Positions 10,932 through 24,717 of a DNA stretch of 64,000 nt are shown piece after piece (the stretch's first letter is position 1; each line of letters starts with the position of its first letter). A program made the translations under genes and the position numbers. Under the pieces are notes generated by a model. The model made no database searches. It was not told the DNA's origin and saw nothing but the letters and a program-made list of their open reading frames with translations. This DNA comes from Octopus sinensis (lineage: Eukaryota), in NCBI RefSeq assembly GCF_006345805.1, contig NC_043006.1:46004001-46068000 (forward strand). The letters are read 5' to 3'.

Positions 10932-11679
10932 ACGGTAGCAACAGCGATAGTAGTCGAAATTAGACGATACAATACAATATGTATTGAAACCATTCACACA
11001 CACATACACACACACACAAAGAGAACTTGGCTGCATGGTGGACGGAAGTGATTTTAAACACGTTTCTAATTTCTACGCAATTTGCTTCTACACGCATCTG
11101 GAAAATAAACAGAACCAGTAGAAATGGTATTTTTCCTGGAATAACGAAGGCAATATCAATGCCACACGCAGATCACACAGAAGAACATACTAATCCCTAA
11201 ACTTGTTTGCTGAATTTCATCTGATACGTGCATCAATTACTTAGTCGTGTATTAGACTCAATACATCAGCGCCATATTTAATTAATGACGTTTGTACATG
11301 CAATATTATCGTTTGTTACAAACAGGCGTTCGTAACGTTTCGTTATGGATTCAGACTTAATCTGGAAAACTCCAGAGAAATGGTTAACAGTTGATGTGCG
11401 TTTGTCATCAGTCAACTCGCAAGTGGCAAGATCTGTACCAACAGGTGCAATAAATTGTTTTAATGGTCATTATCATTTTCAATGTGACAAAATAAAACTG
11501 GAATTTCACAGCCAAAACGTCGACGACTATGACGACGACGACAGCTGAGTGTATCCCTGATGATGTAGTTGAGAATGAAATTGGAAAAACAACCACAACA
11601 GAAGCTGGAACCGTAATAACAAGGGGGCGACAGAGAAGGAAGGAATTGAGAGATAGATATATAGAAAGTGACAGAATAG

Positions 11680-12490
11680 AAAGTAGATGATGAGGATGGT
11701 AGTGGTGGTTCTAGTGGTAGTTGTGGTGATGATAGTGGTGGTGGTGGTGGTGGGTGGAGTAATGATAGTTACGGTGGTGGTAGCAGTGTAAAGTAGTAGT
11801 GTTGGGGTCGTGGTCGTGGTAGTGATAATGAGGATGATGGTGGCGATCATGGTAATGGTGGTGGTGGAGGTGGTTTTGTTGGTTTGTGGTGAAGGTGATG
11901 GTGGTGATGGTGGTGGTAACGTGTGATGAAGAAGACAACGGTGACAACGACTATTATGGTGGTGGTGGTGGTGATGGTGGTGGTGGTGGTAGTTGTGGTG
12001 GTGATGGTGGTGATTTTTGGTGGTTGTGGTTGTGGTGGTCGTCGTAGTTTTTTGTGGTGGTGGTGATGGTGGTGGTGGTTGTGGTGGTGGTGGTGGTGGT
12101 AGTGGTGGTGGTGGTGGTAGTTGTGGTGGTGGTGTGGCGGCGGTGGTGGTGGTGGTGTTGGTGGAAGTGGCATTACTGATCGTGAAGATGGTGGCGTTGG
12201 TAGTGATGACGATGATGGTAGCGGCGATAGAATTAGTGGTGGTGGTGATGATGGTGGTGTTGGTAGTGGTCGTTATCGCGCTTGTGATGAAGGCAGTGGT
12301 GATGATGAGGATGACGACGAAAATGACAATGTCCATGGTAGTGGTGGAAGTGATGGTGATGGTGGTGATGATGGCGGCGGCAGAAGCGGCATCGGAGGTG
12401 GTGGTGGTGGTGGTGGTGGTAATAGTAGTTGTAGTACTCATGATAACGATGATAATTGAGAAGGAGGATGATGAAGATGAGCAGGAGCAG
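11680..12490. repeat. Degenerate (GGT/GAT/AGT)n trinucleotide array
   Basis: Direct reading; yields poly-T/V/H/G ORFs in several frames on both strands. Confidence 0.95.
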
Positions 12491-12659
12491 AGTAGGTGTA
12501 GGTGTAGAAAAAGGATCAAATAGAATCAAAGAGGATTTAAACAACTTAAGAAAGAATCTCTTACGAACAGCAGACGAAGAATAATGGATAAACAAAGGAT
12601 TTGGAAATAGCATCAGAAGCAACTAAACACTACAATACAGGACTTCCTGTGAACGACTT

Positions 12660-12764
12660 ACGCTAAGATTAAGTAACACGACAGCAAACTTTTGGTAGGG
12701 GAAGATATATATATTGGAGCAGGCATGAGAATTCCTGCCTTGAGAAGAACCCATTTCGGGGGTG

Positions 12765-12802
<38 letters not shown>

Positions 12803-13322
12803 CATATACACACATATATATTCATATATAGCCCGTTAAGACCTATCACTCACCTATTGATATGCGAACTGTATGTATGTACATGCATATGTGCATGTAT
12901 TTGGTACCTGTGTGGATATATATGTATGTAGATTTAGACTAAAGTTTCGATTTTCGCTGTATAATATATGAATATAATGACATTGTATATTGTGACATTG
13001 TATATTGTTTTGCATTATTTTATTTTATTGAATTAATTAATTTACAGGCATCCCCCATATGCATCTGTCTATATATTAGGTTATACTATACATTATATAT
13101 TGTATATTTGATATGTAATATAATATATTATATTTTATTATGTTGTGTTACACTGTATTATATTATGCTGTATTTTATGTGGTATTTTCCATCTACTATG
13201 TATTGTGAATAGCAGAATGCACATATTCCTTTATTGGTATTATTAATAATAATAATAATATTAATAGTTTTTAGTAATGTAATACAATGAACTTTGGACT
13301 TTGTATATGGACACTTGGATGT

Positions 13323-13366
<44 letters not shown>

Positions 13367-13870
13367 TATGTATATTGTATATTCCAGTATATAGATCTGA
13401 TTAACTGTAACCTTATGTGTATGTATATTATTATGTATATACTTATATATATGTATATGTAGGGGTATATACACTTATATGTATATGTATATATGCATAT
13501 TCTTGTATATGTGTACCTTCTTTAATATTCATATTTGCATTTTATATCTTTATAAGTGTACTTTATAATCTCTGACGAGGCCTTGAGATATATATATAAG
13601 TAACTCATTTTTAACTGCATATTACCTCAATACATCTAACTAATATGGGCATAATGAGATACTCTTATCTACAGGCTGAAACAGCTGTAAGATCCATTTT
13701 GTATCTATTTTATATGTATTATTCTTATGGTATTATCTTACTTATTGATGTATATTGTTTTATTCTGTATTATTCTGTTGGATTTGGATATTCCTATTTA
13801 ATCTAAATAATTAGTTAATAAATTATATGAATTGGTATTATCTGGTAGTTGATGATTGAAAAAAAAATCT
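12660..13870 (+). mobile_element. Probable Penelope-like/retrozyme 3' remnant carrying a hammerhead
   Basis: Hammerhead at 13568-13693 in AT-rich sequence; weak similarity of KLLVGEDIYI..IPALRR (12685-12760) to GIY-YIG C-terminus; boundaries uncertain. Confidence 0.35.
13568..13693 (+). ncRNA. Type-I hammerhead ribozyme with long loop II
   Basis: ATCT-CTGACGA-GGCCTTGAGATA..75 nt..TATCTACAGGCT-GAAA-CAGCTG-T-A-AGAT; stem I ATCT/AGAT; palindromic ACAGCTGT stem III; GUA triplet. Confidence 0.7.
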
Positions 13871-14290
13871 ATTCCTCCATTTTCTTGTTTTGTATATATA
13901 TGTATATACATATACATATACATATATATATGTTCACAACACAAGTGATTGTTAATTCATTGTCTTCCTACAATTTCGATTGAGCACGCAGTAAGGTGTG
14001 AAATCTGTCATTGACGACGCTCAAGGAAACAGAAATGCATCTTGCGTTCTCACAAGCCGGGTCTTCCATCGATTTAAAATGTGTTTTTTTTTAATATTAT
14101 ATATCAATAAGAGGTATTAATTCCAGTCTAATACCGAAGTTAATTTGCTTTTCACAGTATTTCCATTAACTGAGATACATGAGTATATATTTTGATCTAA
14201 TACAGCTCCAATTGCATCTTTATATTTATATTTATTTGTGTATTTATATGCATTTATGCATGTGTGTGTGTGTTTATGAAGGAAGCAAAT

Positions 14291-14344
<54 letters not shown>

Positions 14345-14789
14345 TTTATATATATATATATATATATATTTGAAAATAGGTGAATATGTACTTTTATCAA
14401 GCGACAAACTTTCACTGTCACATTCAGATACCTATTTAAATATCTTTATATTTCCGCTGAACAACATCTCTCTATCTCTCTCTCTCTCTTTCTTTCTTTC
14501 TCTCTATCTCTCTCTCACTATCTATTTATCTATCTATATATCTCTCCGTACGTGTTGTATGTGCGAACTCATGCGTGTGTATCCGCCTGCATATATCTGT
14601 GTTTAAGTATTTGTTCGTGACTGCCTCATTAAATGCACCCGTTCATACGAGTATATACGTTAATGTATATCTAAGTACATGCTTGCTTCTGTGTACCAGT
14701 CTTTTCCTAATTACGATAAACAAGATAATATGAAAACCTATACGCTATCCTTCAATATAAAGTACATTTTGCATGTACATATAATAATA

Positions 14790-14846
<57 letters not shown>

Positions 14847-15450
14847 TTTCCTTTTGTTTATCATTGTTATTAAATTTGGAGATGCATTTCTTTAAATGGG
14901 CGTATATTATAGGTTAGAAAGATTTCAAATAACATAATAATAATAATGATAATAATAATAATAATAAAATAATAATAATAATAATAATAAATAATAATAA
15001 TAATAATAATAACAACAACAACAACAATAACAACAACAACAATAACAACAACAACAATAATAATAATAATATTTTTTTGCTTTGGTGGTGTCAAGGAATG
15101 TAATACACCAAAAGAATACTCTATCACTTTTAGTTGACATACGCATATGGAATTGGGCGTTTCTGCAAATCTTCTGTGGAAACTGTTGAAAGAGTACACC
15201 TTTCTTGAGATATTAATCTTTTGAAATCACTGTACAAAAGATGTTTTCCTTCTAGGTTAAACAAAGAAAAAAATAACAATGAAAAAACACAATCATCATC
15301 ATATACATATATATACATTTATAATATATACATACCTATATATATATATACATATATATATAGATATATATATATATATATATATATATCATATATATAT
15401 ATATATAATATATATATAATATATAGATAATATAATATATATATAGATAT

Positions 15451-15482
<32 letters not shown>

Positions 15483-15769
15483 GTATGTATGTATAAAGTA
15501 TATTTGCGAATAGCAACACAAGAAAACATTAAAACATTAATAGAAAGAAGTGGAAAGCAAACAATATCCGCAGAGTTATTCGGAATTATGTCACTTGGCT
15601 TAGATAGATAGCTTCTATTAAATTACTGTGAGATAATACTTTCGAACCTTTTTATTTTTTTATTTTCTTAATGTATTTAACAGTTTAGAGCGAACGAGTA
15701 CGAAACAACGACGGCGACTACGATAGTAATACTAACAACAACGGCAGCAACAACATAATTATGACAGTA

Positions 15770-15989
15770 GGTTGTATTAGTAGTAGTAGTAGTAGTAGTA
15801 ATAGTAGTAGTAGTAGTGGTGGTGGTGGTGATGGTGGTGGTGGTGGTGGTGGTGGTGGTGGCAATAGTAATAGTATTAGTGGTGGTGATGGTAAGAATAG
15901 TAGTAGTAGTGATGGTGATGGTGATGGTTGTGGTAGTAATAGTAATAGTATTGGTGGTGGTAGTGGTGCTAGTAGTAGCAGTAGTAGTT

Positions 15990-16028
<39 letters not shown>

Positions 16029-16029
16029 A

Positions 16030-16069
<40 letters not shown>

Positions 16070-16084
16070 GGTGGTGATGGTGGC

Positions 16085-16155
<71 letters not shown>

Positions 16156-16160
16156 CAATA
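15770..16160. repeat. (AGT)n/(GGT)n trinucleotide array
   Basis: Direct reading. Confidence 0.95.
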
Positions 16161-16276
16161 ATGGTTTTAATACATGACGAAAACGTAAGTATGAGAACAG
16201 ACACAGTACAAGAAAGAACAAAGCAAACATGAAGCTAGAAAGGTATTAGTGATCTCTCATCGAGATTGCTATGTCT

Positions 16277-16497
16277 CAAGGCGACGAGCTGGCAGAATCG
16301 TTAACACGCCGGCCGAAAATGCTTAGCGGTACTTCGTCTGTCTTTACATTCTGGGTTCAAATTCCCCCCAAGGTCTACTTTGCCTTTCATCCTTTCGAGG
16401 TCGATAAATTAAGTACCGGTTGTGTACTGGGATTGATCTAATCGACTGGCACCTCTCTCCCAAAATTTCGGCCCTTGTGCCTGGAAAAGCCAAGATT
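16277..16497 (+). mobile_element. SINE family B (alternative tail)
   Basis: GGCGACGAGCTGGCAGAA head, central domain, GGCCCTTGTGCCT tail. Confidence 0.9.
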
Positions 16498-17057
16498 ACT
16501 TTGTCTCATTTACTTGTCTCGGAACTTGCGTCAGTCTTTGTGGTAAATCCTTGTAGTTTTCGCACCAACGTTTCCAATTGTTTATCATCCGCAGCGTACA
16601 ACTGATATTCGTTCCCATATACAAGTTTGTTCATTTTCTTAAGGTAGAATTTTTTTATTTTTTTCCTTTTGGAAACTCAAGTCATATTTAACATGTCGGT
16701 CAAAGGCGTTAGCGCCTGACAGAAAAGAAATGGAAAAAGACACTTTGGAATTTTACCATTCCAATGGCTGGTATTTTATATTTCTCTCTTTTGTTACTAT
16801 TTACAAAATTGTCATTTATTCATGACATGTTTTATGTATCTTCCTTTTCCGGCCTTAACTTATCGTTAATATTGTCAGGAACAAGGTGTAAAATTTACTG
16901 TCAAGAGCCTTCAGGTAGTAACTCGTATATACTTAGACCCGTTTTATCCCCTTCTGTTGTTCTCGGTTATAGATTATTTTTTTTTTACCTGTAATTGATC
17001 TTTGTAGTTATATGAAACTTTATATCATTCGTTCTCATCTTTTGTAAAACTGTTTTA

Positions 17058-17203
17058 TTTGGTGTGGGTGTGTGCTTAAGATATTCGCTTTGCTGCCACA
17101 TGATCTCAGGTTCGGTTCTATTGCACGACGGCTTGGACGAGTGTCTTCCACTATAGCTCTGGGCCGACCAGTGCCTTGTGAGTGAATTTGGTTGACAGGG
17201 AAC
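17058..17203 (+). mobile_element. SINE family A, 5' half, ending at the GATA array
   Basis: GAGTGTCTTCCACTATAGC..CCTTGTGAGTGAATTTGG. Confidence 0.75.
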
Positions 17204-17206
17204 GAG

Positions 17207-17258
<52 letters not shown>

Positions 17259-17724
17259 CAGATAGACAGGCAGGTAGACAGACAGATAGATAGATAGATA
17301 GATAGATATGTTTCTTTATTAGCCACACAGGGCTGCACACAGATAGAACAAATTACAAGGTAGAGCTTTTCTTTTGAAGGTTTAAAAAAAAAAAAAAATT
17401 TTTAAAAAAAAAAGAAGAAAAAAATAAAATAAAATAAAATAAAAAAAAACGGGGGGGGTCGATCAAAAGGGATCGTAAAAGGAGAGAAAGAGGACAAAAA
17501 AAGGGGGGGGTTAAAAAAAAAGGGGGAGAGGAAAAAAAATTGATCAATAGGGATCGTTATCACAGAAATGTCAATATGAAGTGTAAAGGGGGGGACAGGT
17601 GAGGTTTACCCGTGGAAGAAAAGCCTACGGAAAAGACCACGGTAACCTCGGTCAATGAAGTCACATGTTATATTTCTTTTTTTTTTTTTTTTTGCAAATA
17701 AGCAACTCTCTGTATTAATTTTTA

Positions 17725-20700
17725 CGGTTCATAGAATCATAGTCAAGGTGGCTTGTCATTCATACGTGCCATCCTTGCTACATTACCCATCTTTTTTTAA
17801 AACATTCACTAGACAAAACTTGCCTCTCTACTCTCACTTTTTTCTTCAAGTGATACTTGAAGAAGTTGATGAGAGATTGACCAGAGAGAAAGTGTTTGTC
17901 TCTAATCCTTTCAGACGCGTCCACCAGATACATTCTTTCGCCATAGCCACAAGTATGATAAAAATAGCTCTTCTTCCCGTTTGAAGGAAGGAGGCGTGAG
18001 GATATTAACGATAGACTCGGCTGATAAACCGACACGTCCCACACGTGACAGCAGTCGTTCGACATAAGCCCACAGGTGGAAATTGCTGGACACTGCACGA
18101 TTGCGTGCAGAGCGGTTTCGTCGCTCTGCCCGCATCTCGGGCAGGTCGGCCCCGTGTTTCTCGAGCCATGCCTATAGAGCTTATCCCGAACGGGTAGCGC
18201 TTCTCGGTAGCACCGCCAGGCCAGGGATCTCTGGAAGTTGTCCATAGGTCCCGGGCCGAAAGTCGTTTGAAACAGGCGGGTCAGGTATTCCTCGTCGACG
18301 CCCAGGTTTGCCCCGAGCTCGTCGTCGTACCTCCCCTCCACTAATCCCCTATAGAATGCTTTGGTTGTGTTGAAGTCACTCAAGGTCGACCGGGACGGCA
18401 GAGTTGCTTGAGAGCAACGCGACACTCGCGGTGCCATTCGCCCTTCTTCGGCCTCTTTTTGATCCACGACTGTAGTTCGGTCATGGAGACGAGTTGCGGG
18501 AATGCGTGCCTCACAAACGGCGACCACACCTGTTCACCGTCGTCTACATAGAGCCGGAGATGTCGCAGTCTCAGCGCGTGTCTGCGCATCATCAACCACG
18601 GCATGCCCAGCCCTCCTTTTAACGGGTGTTGACAGCAAATGGATCGCCTGACCATCGGGACGCATCCTTTCCACAAGAAGCGGAAGAGGATGCGTTCTAG
18701 TTGGTGATGGTAGGGTCGGGACAAGGTACGACGGTCAGGCGGTAGTAGATGATGGACGCGATGTACGCGTTCACCACCTCCGCCCGACCTTTTAGGACAG
18801 TTTCCTCTCGGCCCATTGCTGGGCGAGAGTGACCACCCTACTCGTTATCTCGTTCCAGTTCTTCTCCATTTGGAGGTCCGGACCGAACCAGACCCCCAGC
18901 AACTCAACGGGCCGTCTGTCCAGCGTCCACGACGGAGGTACTGGTGGACGGCATGGGTTGCTTCTCCAGGTGCCGAGCCGCAAGCCCACTGACTTTTCCC
19001 GTGTTGATTTTTGCTCCTGTCACCGCTTCGTAGTCTTTCAGTGTCTCGCCGACCCGCTCGATGTGCTCGTGGCTTGACACTATGACGGTGACGTCGTCCG
19101 CGTATGCAGACACGCTCGTCCCGCATCCTAATTCTCGCGGGATGCCCCTCAGAGTCGCCAGCTTCCGCAGTAGTGGCTCAAGAGTCAATACGTATAGAAG
19201 CGCCGAGAGGGGGCATCCCTGACGGACCGAACGTGCAATGTCGAAGGGTCTCGATAGATGTCCATTTACGCGAATTACCGACACGGATGCCTCTGTACAA
19301 GGCAGCTATCCAGCCGCGGAAGACGGGACCGAAACCAGCCGCTCTCAGGACTGCCTCCAAGTATCGATGGTCTACCCTATCAAAGGCTTTCGATTGATCC
19401 AAGTTGATCAGGGCCCCACCCATGCCAGGTTCGTTAACTACCCTGTCTATGATGTAGCGCATCAGATGGAGGTTGTCATGGATGCTCCGGCCCGGCACGG
19501 CGCACGTTTGTGCGTTGTCGACCAGTTTCTCCATGACAAGCGCCAACCTCTTGGCTAACACCTTTGTCAAAATTTTCAGGTCTGCATTGAGCAGAGTGAT
19601 TGGCCTAAAGTTATCTATAATGTTTCCCTTGTTTGGATCTTTCTTCAGCAGAGTTACAGCTCCTCGACTCACAAAACCGGGTATGCTCCCGTTTTGCTGC
19701 CAGTTGCAGTATACCGCTGCCAAGACGTCTCCAAACAAGTCTGGCATACAATAGTAAAATTCGTAGGGTAGACCATCCAAACCCGGTGATTTGTCCCTCG
19801 AGCATTCTGCCATCGCTTCCCGCACTTCCGCCGCCGTGATGGCACCTTCGCAGCACCCTGCCTTTCTTGTCGAGAGTCGTGGCAGGCTATGTAGGTAGGC
19901 ACTGAAGTCTACCCTACGTTCTTGCCTCCACTCGTCCCGAACAGTCGGGCAAAATGCTGCTGAAAGGCCTCACACATTTTACTTGGCTCGAGCAATTCGC
20001 GCCCCTGTTCATCTACCAGTGACCGAATGGTGGCTTTGTTGCCCTGTTGCGCCTCTGCCACCCGGGCCTCTCTCGCGGCTCCAACACCTTCGTTCCTTAG
20101 AGCACGCATCCTAGCTCTGACAGCACATCCTTCGTGTTTGGCGTTGAAGTGTTGGTCGAGGGCCAACCTCGCCGCCAAAACGTCGGATGCGATGCCGCTT
20201 CTAATTGCCTCTTCTAGCTTCTTAACTAGCTCACCCTCTACTCTATTTCTATCTATGGCTAGTGCTTTGCTGTACCTAATCGCTTCTGCTTTTACTGCTC
20301 TCTTGAGGGCAAACCACCATTTGTTGTTGATGATGGCTCCCGTCAAAGCCCTCTTTACTAGTGTGCTAATCCGGTCTCTGAAAACTTGTCTGGACGGGAA
20401 TGATGCGTTCAGTTCCAGTACCCAGGACCCTGTCTATGTGCCTTATCTAAGTCTAGCGTACACGTCACCAATTTGTGATCCGTGTAGCTGACTGTGTGGA
20501 ATTGTGGACATCCTAAGTTATCCTTGTCTACTGTCCTACACAGTATCCTATCTAGATACGATCTCGACGACCCACTGCGGTTGCTCCATGTCCACGTTGG
20601 TGCATTTGGGTGGTCGAGTCGGTACCTGTCAGACAGTTGGAATCGTCTGAGCAGGTCTCTGAGGCATTTGCATCCCTTCTGTTTCTGTTCTCACCCACGT

Positions 20701-21154
20701 AGTCTACATGCGTGTCCAAGGTAGCATTCCAATCCCCCACTAAGAGTAAAGGACGAGACGTTCCCAAGAATACTTCTAGACGTCGAAAGAAATCCGCCCG
20801 ACCTGTTAAGGGCGGTGCGTAGACTGATACGAGTCGAAAAGCGCACCCATTGCTGCCGTCAAATTCCAGAACGATCAGTCTACCCTCCGGGTCTACGAAT
20901 ATCGTCTTGACTTCGAGATCCAGGCTCTTGTGAAAAAGTACCGCGGTGCCACTACCCCCATCCTCGGCAGACAGGGAGCGAAAATAAATGTTAAACTGTC
21001 CGCCAAACATGGACTTTAGGGCCCGTGGCTCGTGGAGTCTGGTCTCACTTATGGCTATGATTCCCAAATCATGTGACTTGATGTCATTTAGGAGGTATCC
21101 TTGTTTCCAAGGAGACCCCAAGCCACGCGCATTCACACAACCAATCTTGACCAT
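17725..21154 (-). pseudogene. Tx1-like ORF2 (APE endonuclease, reverse transcriptase, zinc finger), frameshifted
   Basis: NARGL, ISETRL, VSVYAP, VGDWNA, TDH (EN); KSPGLDGLPYEFY, FRPITLLNADLKIL, DQSKAFDRVDH, RQGCPLS, YADD (RT); CPRCGQSDETALHAIVQC; split over many listed ORFs. Confidence 0.95.
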
Positions 21155-21203
21155 GATTCTATTGGGGTGTGTGCTTTAAACACACAAATGAAAGTACAGA
21201 GAG

Positions 21204-23293
21204 TTACTTACTTGTGTCGAAAGTTTTGGCTTCCTCGTTCTTTGATGTGTCTTCGAGGAGGCTTCTATATAGTTTTTGGGACAGATATTTCTGGAAACCC
21301 CCTACAGCATTTGGGAAGAGGGCTTTGAGTTTGTGGGTTGTGTTTGTGTGATGTGTAGTATTTTGATGTGTTTGGGTGTGTGTAGTGCGTGGATGATTGC
21401 TATTTTTAAAGTCATCTTCACAAATGTTTGTGTATCCTGTGATGTACTCCATTAGTTTGGAGTCTTTTGTGTCTATCGCTGATAGCATTGTTTTGTGGTG
21501 TTGGTGCTTGTTTTGTTGTGTATGGAGTTTTCAGGGTTCAGGTATCTCCCTGCTTTGGTTGTGATTTCTTGTTTGTTTTTCTTGATCTTTTTCTTTTACC
21601 CCCTGTGGCTATTTGCCATTCTGTCGAACTTTCATCGTTAGATGAAAAGTCTGACGAATCAGCAGGGGGCAAGGGTAAAGCGTCTGGGTGTGTTTGTGCG
21701 GTTGTAGATATTGTTGTGGTGCGGGGGAGGGTGTTGCTGGGGGGTTTGTTGTGGTTATTGTCTCTCCTACATCCTTGGTGCTTGTCTTCTTCGTTGTTAT
21801 TCTTGGTGTTGGAATTGGTTTATTTGTTGTTGGTGGTGATGATTCTGTTCTTGGCGCTGGTGTTGGTGTTGTTTGGTTGGGTTGGTTTGTTCTTGTTGTT
21901 TTTCCTGCATTTCCGCATACAGCTTCTTGACTAGCTGTCCATATTGTGGTGTGGGCAATAATCCTGGCTTTTGTGATTTTTCCTGTGGCTGTTGTTGTTG
22001 TTGTAATTTTGCGGCAGATTTGCACTCCTTTTTGAGGTGCCTCACTGCCACATGTATAGCATCGTGGCCTTCTGCCCTCGACTACTACGTATAACTTGCG
22101 GCCATCCTCAAGATGTACGTGGTGGGGATTTTATTTATGTCCTCTTGACTTATGTGGAAGAGGAACTCTATTCTCTTTCCCAGCCAGTCCTTGTTTTCCG
22201 AAACACCGATATCTAGGATGTTTATGTCCTCCATTTCGGATGTTACGGCGGATGTAATCCACAGTGTTGTAGTCACTTGGGGGACACCACTGATAATGAC
22301 TTTCGTCACCTTCTGGCCGAGGTAACTCGGTGTCAACGTTAGTTCATCAGAATGAAGGGTTATCGTTGAGAATTTCTTCGCCAACTCTTCATTCTGAAAA
22401 ACCACCTGTACGTGTGCGAACTTGTTCGCCCAAGTCACACAATCCTTGTATCCCCAGATGGGGGTAAGCACTTTTCGACTTTGTCTGTGCTTGCCTTTTC
22501 TGGACTTTTTTCTTTTTATTTGTGATTTTATATACAAATTGTTTTTTTTCTCCTCATTCAGTATGTGCTGAGGTATGTGTAAGAGTATTTTTCCGTTTTG
22601 ATTTGTAATAAGGTTTCTGCAATCTTTAATCTGTTGTGTAGTAAACGAAACTTTTGTTACCTTTTCTTTTATCGCCTCGGCGAAGTTTGTTGTTGTGTTG
22701 TGTTGTTACTGTTGATGTTGATGGCAGGGGTGTGGGTTGTAGGTTTGTGGTTGCTGATTATGCAACTAGCAAGGGGTGGAAAATTGCCTGCGTAATTTAG
22801 TCCTGCATTAGCGCAAATTTCGGCATTCGTTTGCTTGTCTTGTCGTTATTTTTTCACTTGTTGGTGATGGAGTGAGCAGTGGTTGAAGGGAATTTGTTTG
22901 TCGTCGTCGTCGTTGTGTTGTTGTTGTTGTTGTTGTTGTTATTGTCGTTCTTGGTGACGGCGGTGGTGTTAGTAGTATTAGTAGCATTGACGGCACGGTC
23001 TTTGGTGGCGGTGATGGTGATGTTGGTATTGTTATTGGTGGCGACGTCTTTAGTAGGGATAGCAGTTTTAGTAGCAGATTCTGCCATGGTTGTGTCGGTG
23101 GTGGTGGTGGTGGTGGACTCACTGATGGTGTTGACGGTGCTTGGCCTTGCGACCTTTGTTTTGTATTTGTTGCTGTTGTCGATGTTGATGGGGCGGAGTT
23201 GTCCAGGTTCAGCGTAAGGTAACAGAGCATCCTGTTTTTCTGCCTCTGCGTCACGGTTGACTTGCACTCAGCCTCGTGGTGACCAGTGGCCAT
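21204..23293 (-). pseudogene. Tx1-like ORF1 (nucleic-acid-binding, CCHC knuckle), frameshifted
   Basis: GRRPRCYTCGSE/(shift)HLKKEC at ~22030-22075 fits CX2CX4HX4C; preceding KVTKVIISGVP region; low-complexity T/N/Q tracts. Confidence 0.75.
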
Positions 23294-23528
23294 TTTGGAA
23301 ATAAAATGGCTAAATGAAACCACGAAGGCTATGAGAATTTTTTCTTTTAAATTTTGCCCACAAGGGGCAAAATTTTGTGGAGATATTTATCAAAGGTTTA
23401 CAGTGGATGTTGTTGCACAACTTTTAAACACAAAATATTTCACAATAAATAATTTTCAACGTACAAAATGACCAACTTACGTGGAGCCCATTTGACTAGC
23501 GTCCGTCCATGTCGAGAGATAGATAGAT

Positions 23529-23597
<69 letters not shown>

Positions 23598-23659
23598 CAA
23601 GCAGGCAGGTAGGCAGGTAGACAGACAGACAGACAGATAGATACATACATACATACATA

Positions 23660-23880
23660 CATAATGGTGATGATGATGATGGTGAGAGAAATGGCGGGGA
23701 TGGTAGTGGCGATGATGATGATGTTGGGGCTGGTGCTGCTGGTGCTGCTGTTGGAGCTGATGATGGTGGTGGTGGTGGTGTGGTAGCGGTGGTAGTGTTG
23801 TGGTGGTGGTGGTAGTGGTGGGGGTGATGATGATAATGTGAGTTCTCCTGCTGCAGCTGCGGCTGCTGGTGATGATGGTG
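23660..23880. repeat. Degenerate (GGT/GAT/GCT)n array
   Basis: Direct reading. Confidence 0.9.
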
Positions 23881-24717
23881 GCTCCAGCGTTTATTGATTC
23901 GAAATTATCCTCTATAATCAGCCCTAATACATTTATACCCTTGGTCATTAGGCTCATCATTAGGATACGATATTCTCAGAAAGGATTTTTCTCTCTTTCT
24001 TTTTCTTTTGTGTCTTTTTTTTTCTTTTTAGTCTTTTCCCACTGGATATTATTCAATGACCGTACTATACAACAATGGTGATAAAATGCTTGAACTTGGT
24101 GGTATAAAAGAAAATCTATGCAGTATTCAATTATAACGTTGTTTCTAGGGAGAGCATCACTCTGTGAAAAGACCCTGCAGCCTTAACAATTCTCTTGTTA
24201 ACGTCTGACCGATACGCTATAATTTCTTGAGAAATCGTTTGGTCATTACTAGCAACAGATAATGTAGGAGAAACGTGACAGTACTGCTTCTACGAACGTC
24301 TCGTACGCATAATTGTGTGCAGACTCGATGGAACAACTACATCTGTGAATCCCAGTAATACAGTTTTAGATGGCTTCTGTTGAATGGACGAATTAGAATA
24401 TGTCGAGAACATCACTTAGTTCTGTGAGATAAGAATAATTAATTAAACAATACTGAACTATCATTCTTGTGGATTTTCTGTTTCATTACCCAAATTAATT
24501 TATGATAGCTGGATAATTTCTCTCTTCCTCTTCTCTCATTCCACCCAACGAATCACAACTGTTGAAATACAAAATGGCAGCGGATATTTAGAAATATCAA
24601 ATGCACGTTTTTCGAGAAATATTTATAGATTTTCAAATAGAGCTAAACACCTTCACATCAAGAAATACATGGGTTACATTTCATTACACATATACTGACA
24701 TATATATTTTATATTTA

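Larger units (their letters stand above)
17309..23516 (-). mobile_element. Apparently full-length, decayed Tx1/L1-clade non-LTR retrotransposon
   Basis: ORF1 with zinc knuckle, ORF2 with APE, RT and C-terminal zinc finger; 3'UTR ends AATAAAGAAACA; (GATA)n at 17207-17308 and 23517-23642; 5' boundary inferred from the array edge. Confidence 0.9.

Noticed and set aside
11345-11548. 67-aa non-repetitive ORF MDSDLIWKTPEKW...
   Set aside because: Short, no recognisable motif, no supportable splice sites
11527-12622. 330-aa T/H/P-rich ORF and overlapping ORFs (mucin- or His-rich look)
   Set aside because: Translation of a degenerate GGT/GAT array that is open in many frames on both strands; no splice or domain evidence
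24120-24330. Minus-strand peptide TISQEIIAYRSDVNKRIVKAAGSFHRV, RTE-LINE-like; similar hint at 30720-30900
   Set aside because: Too short and degenerate to call without a search
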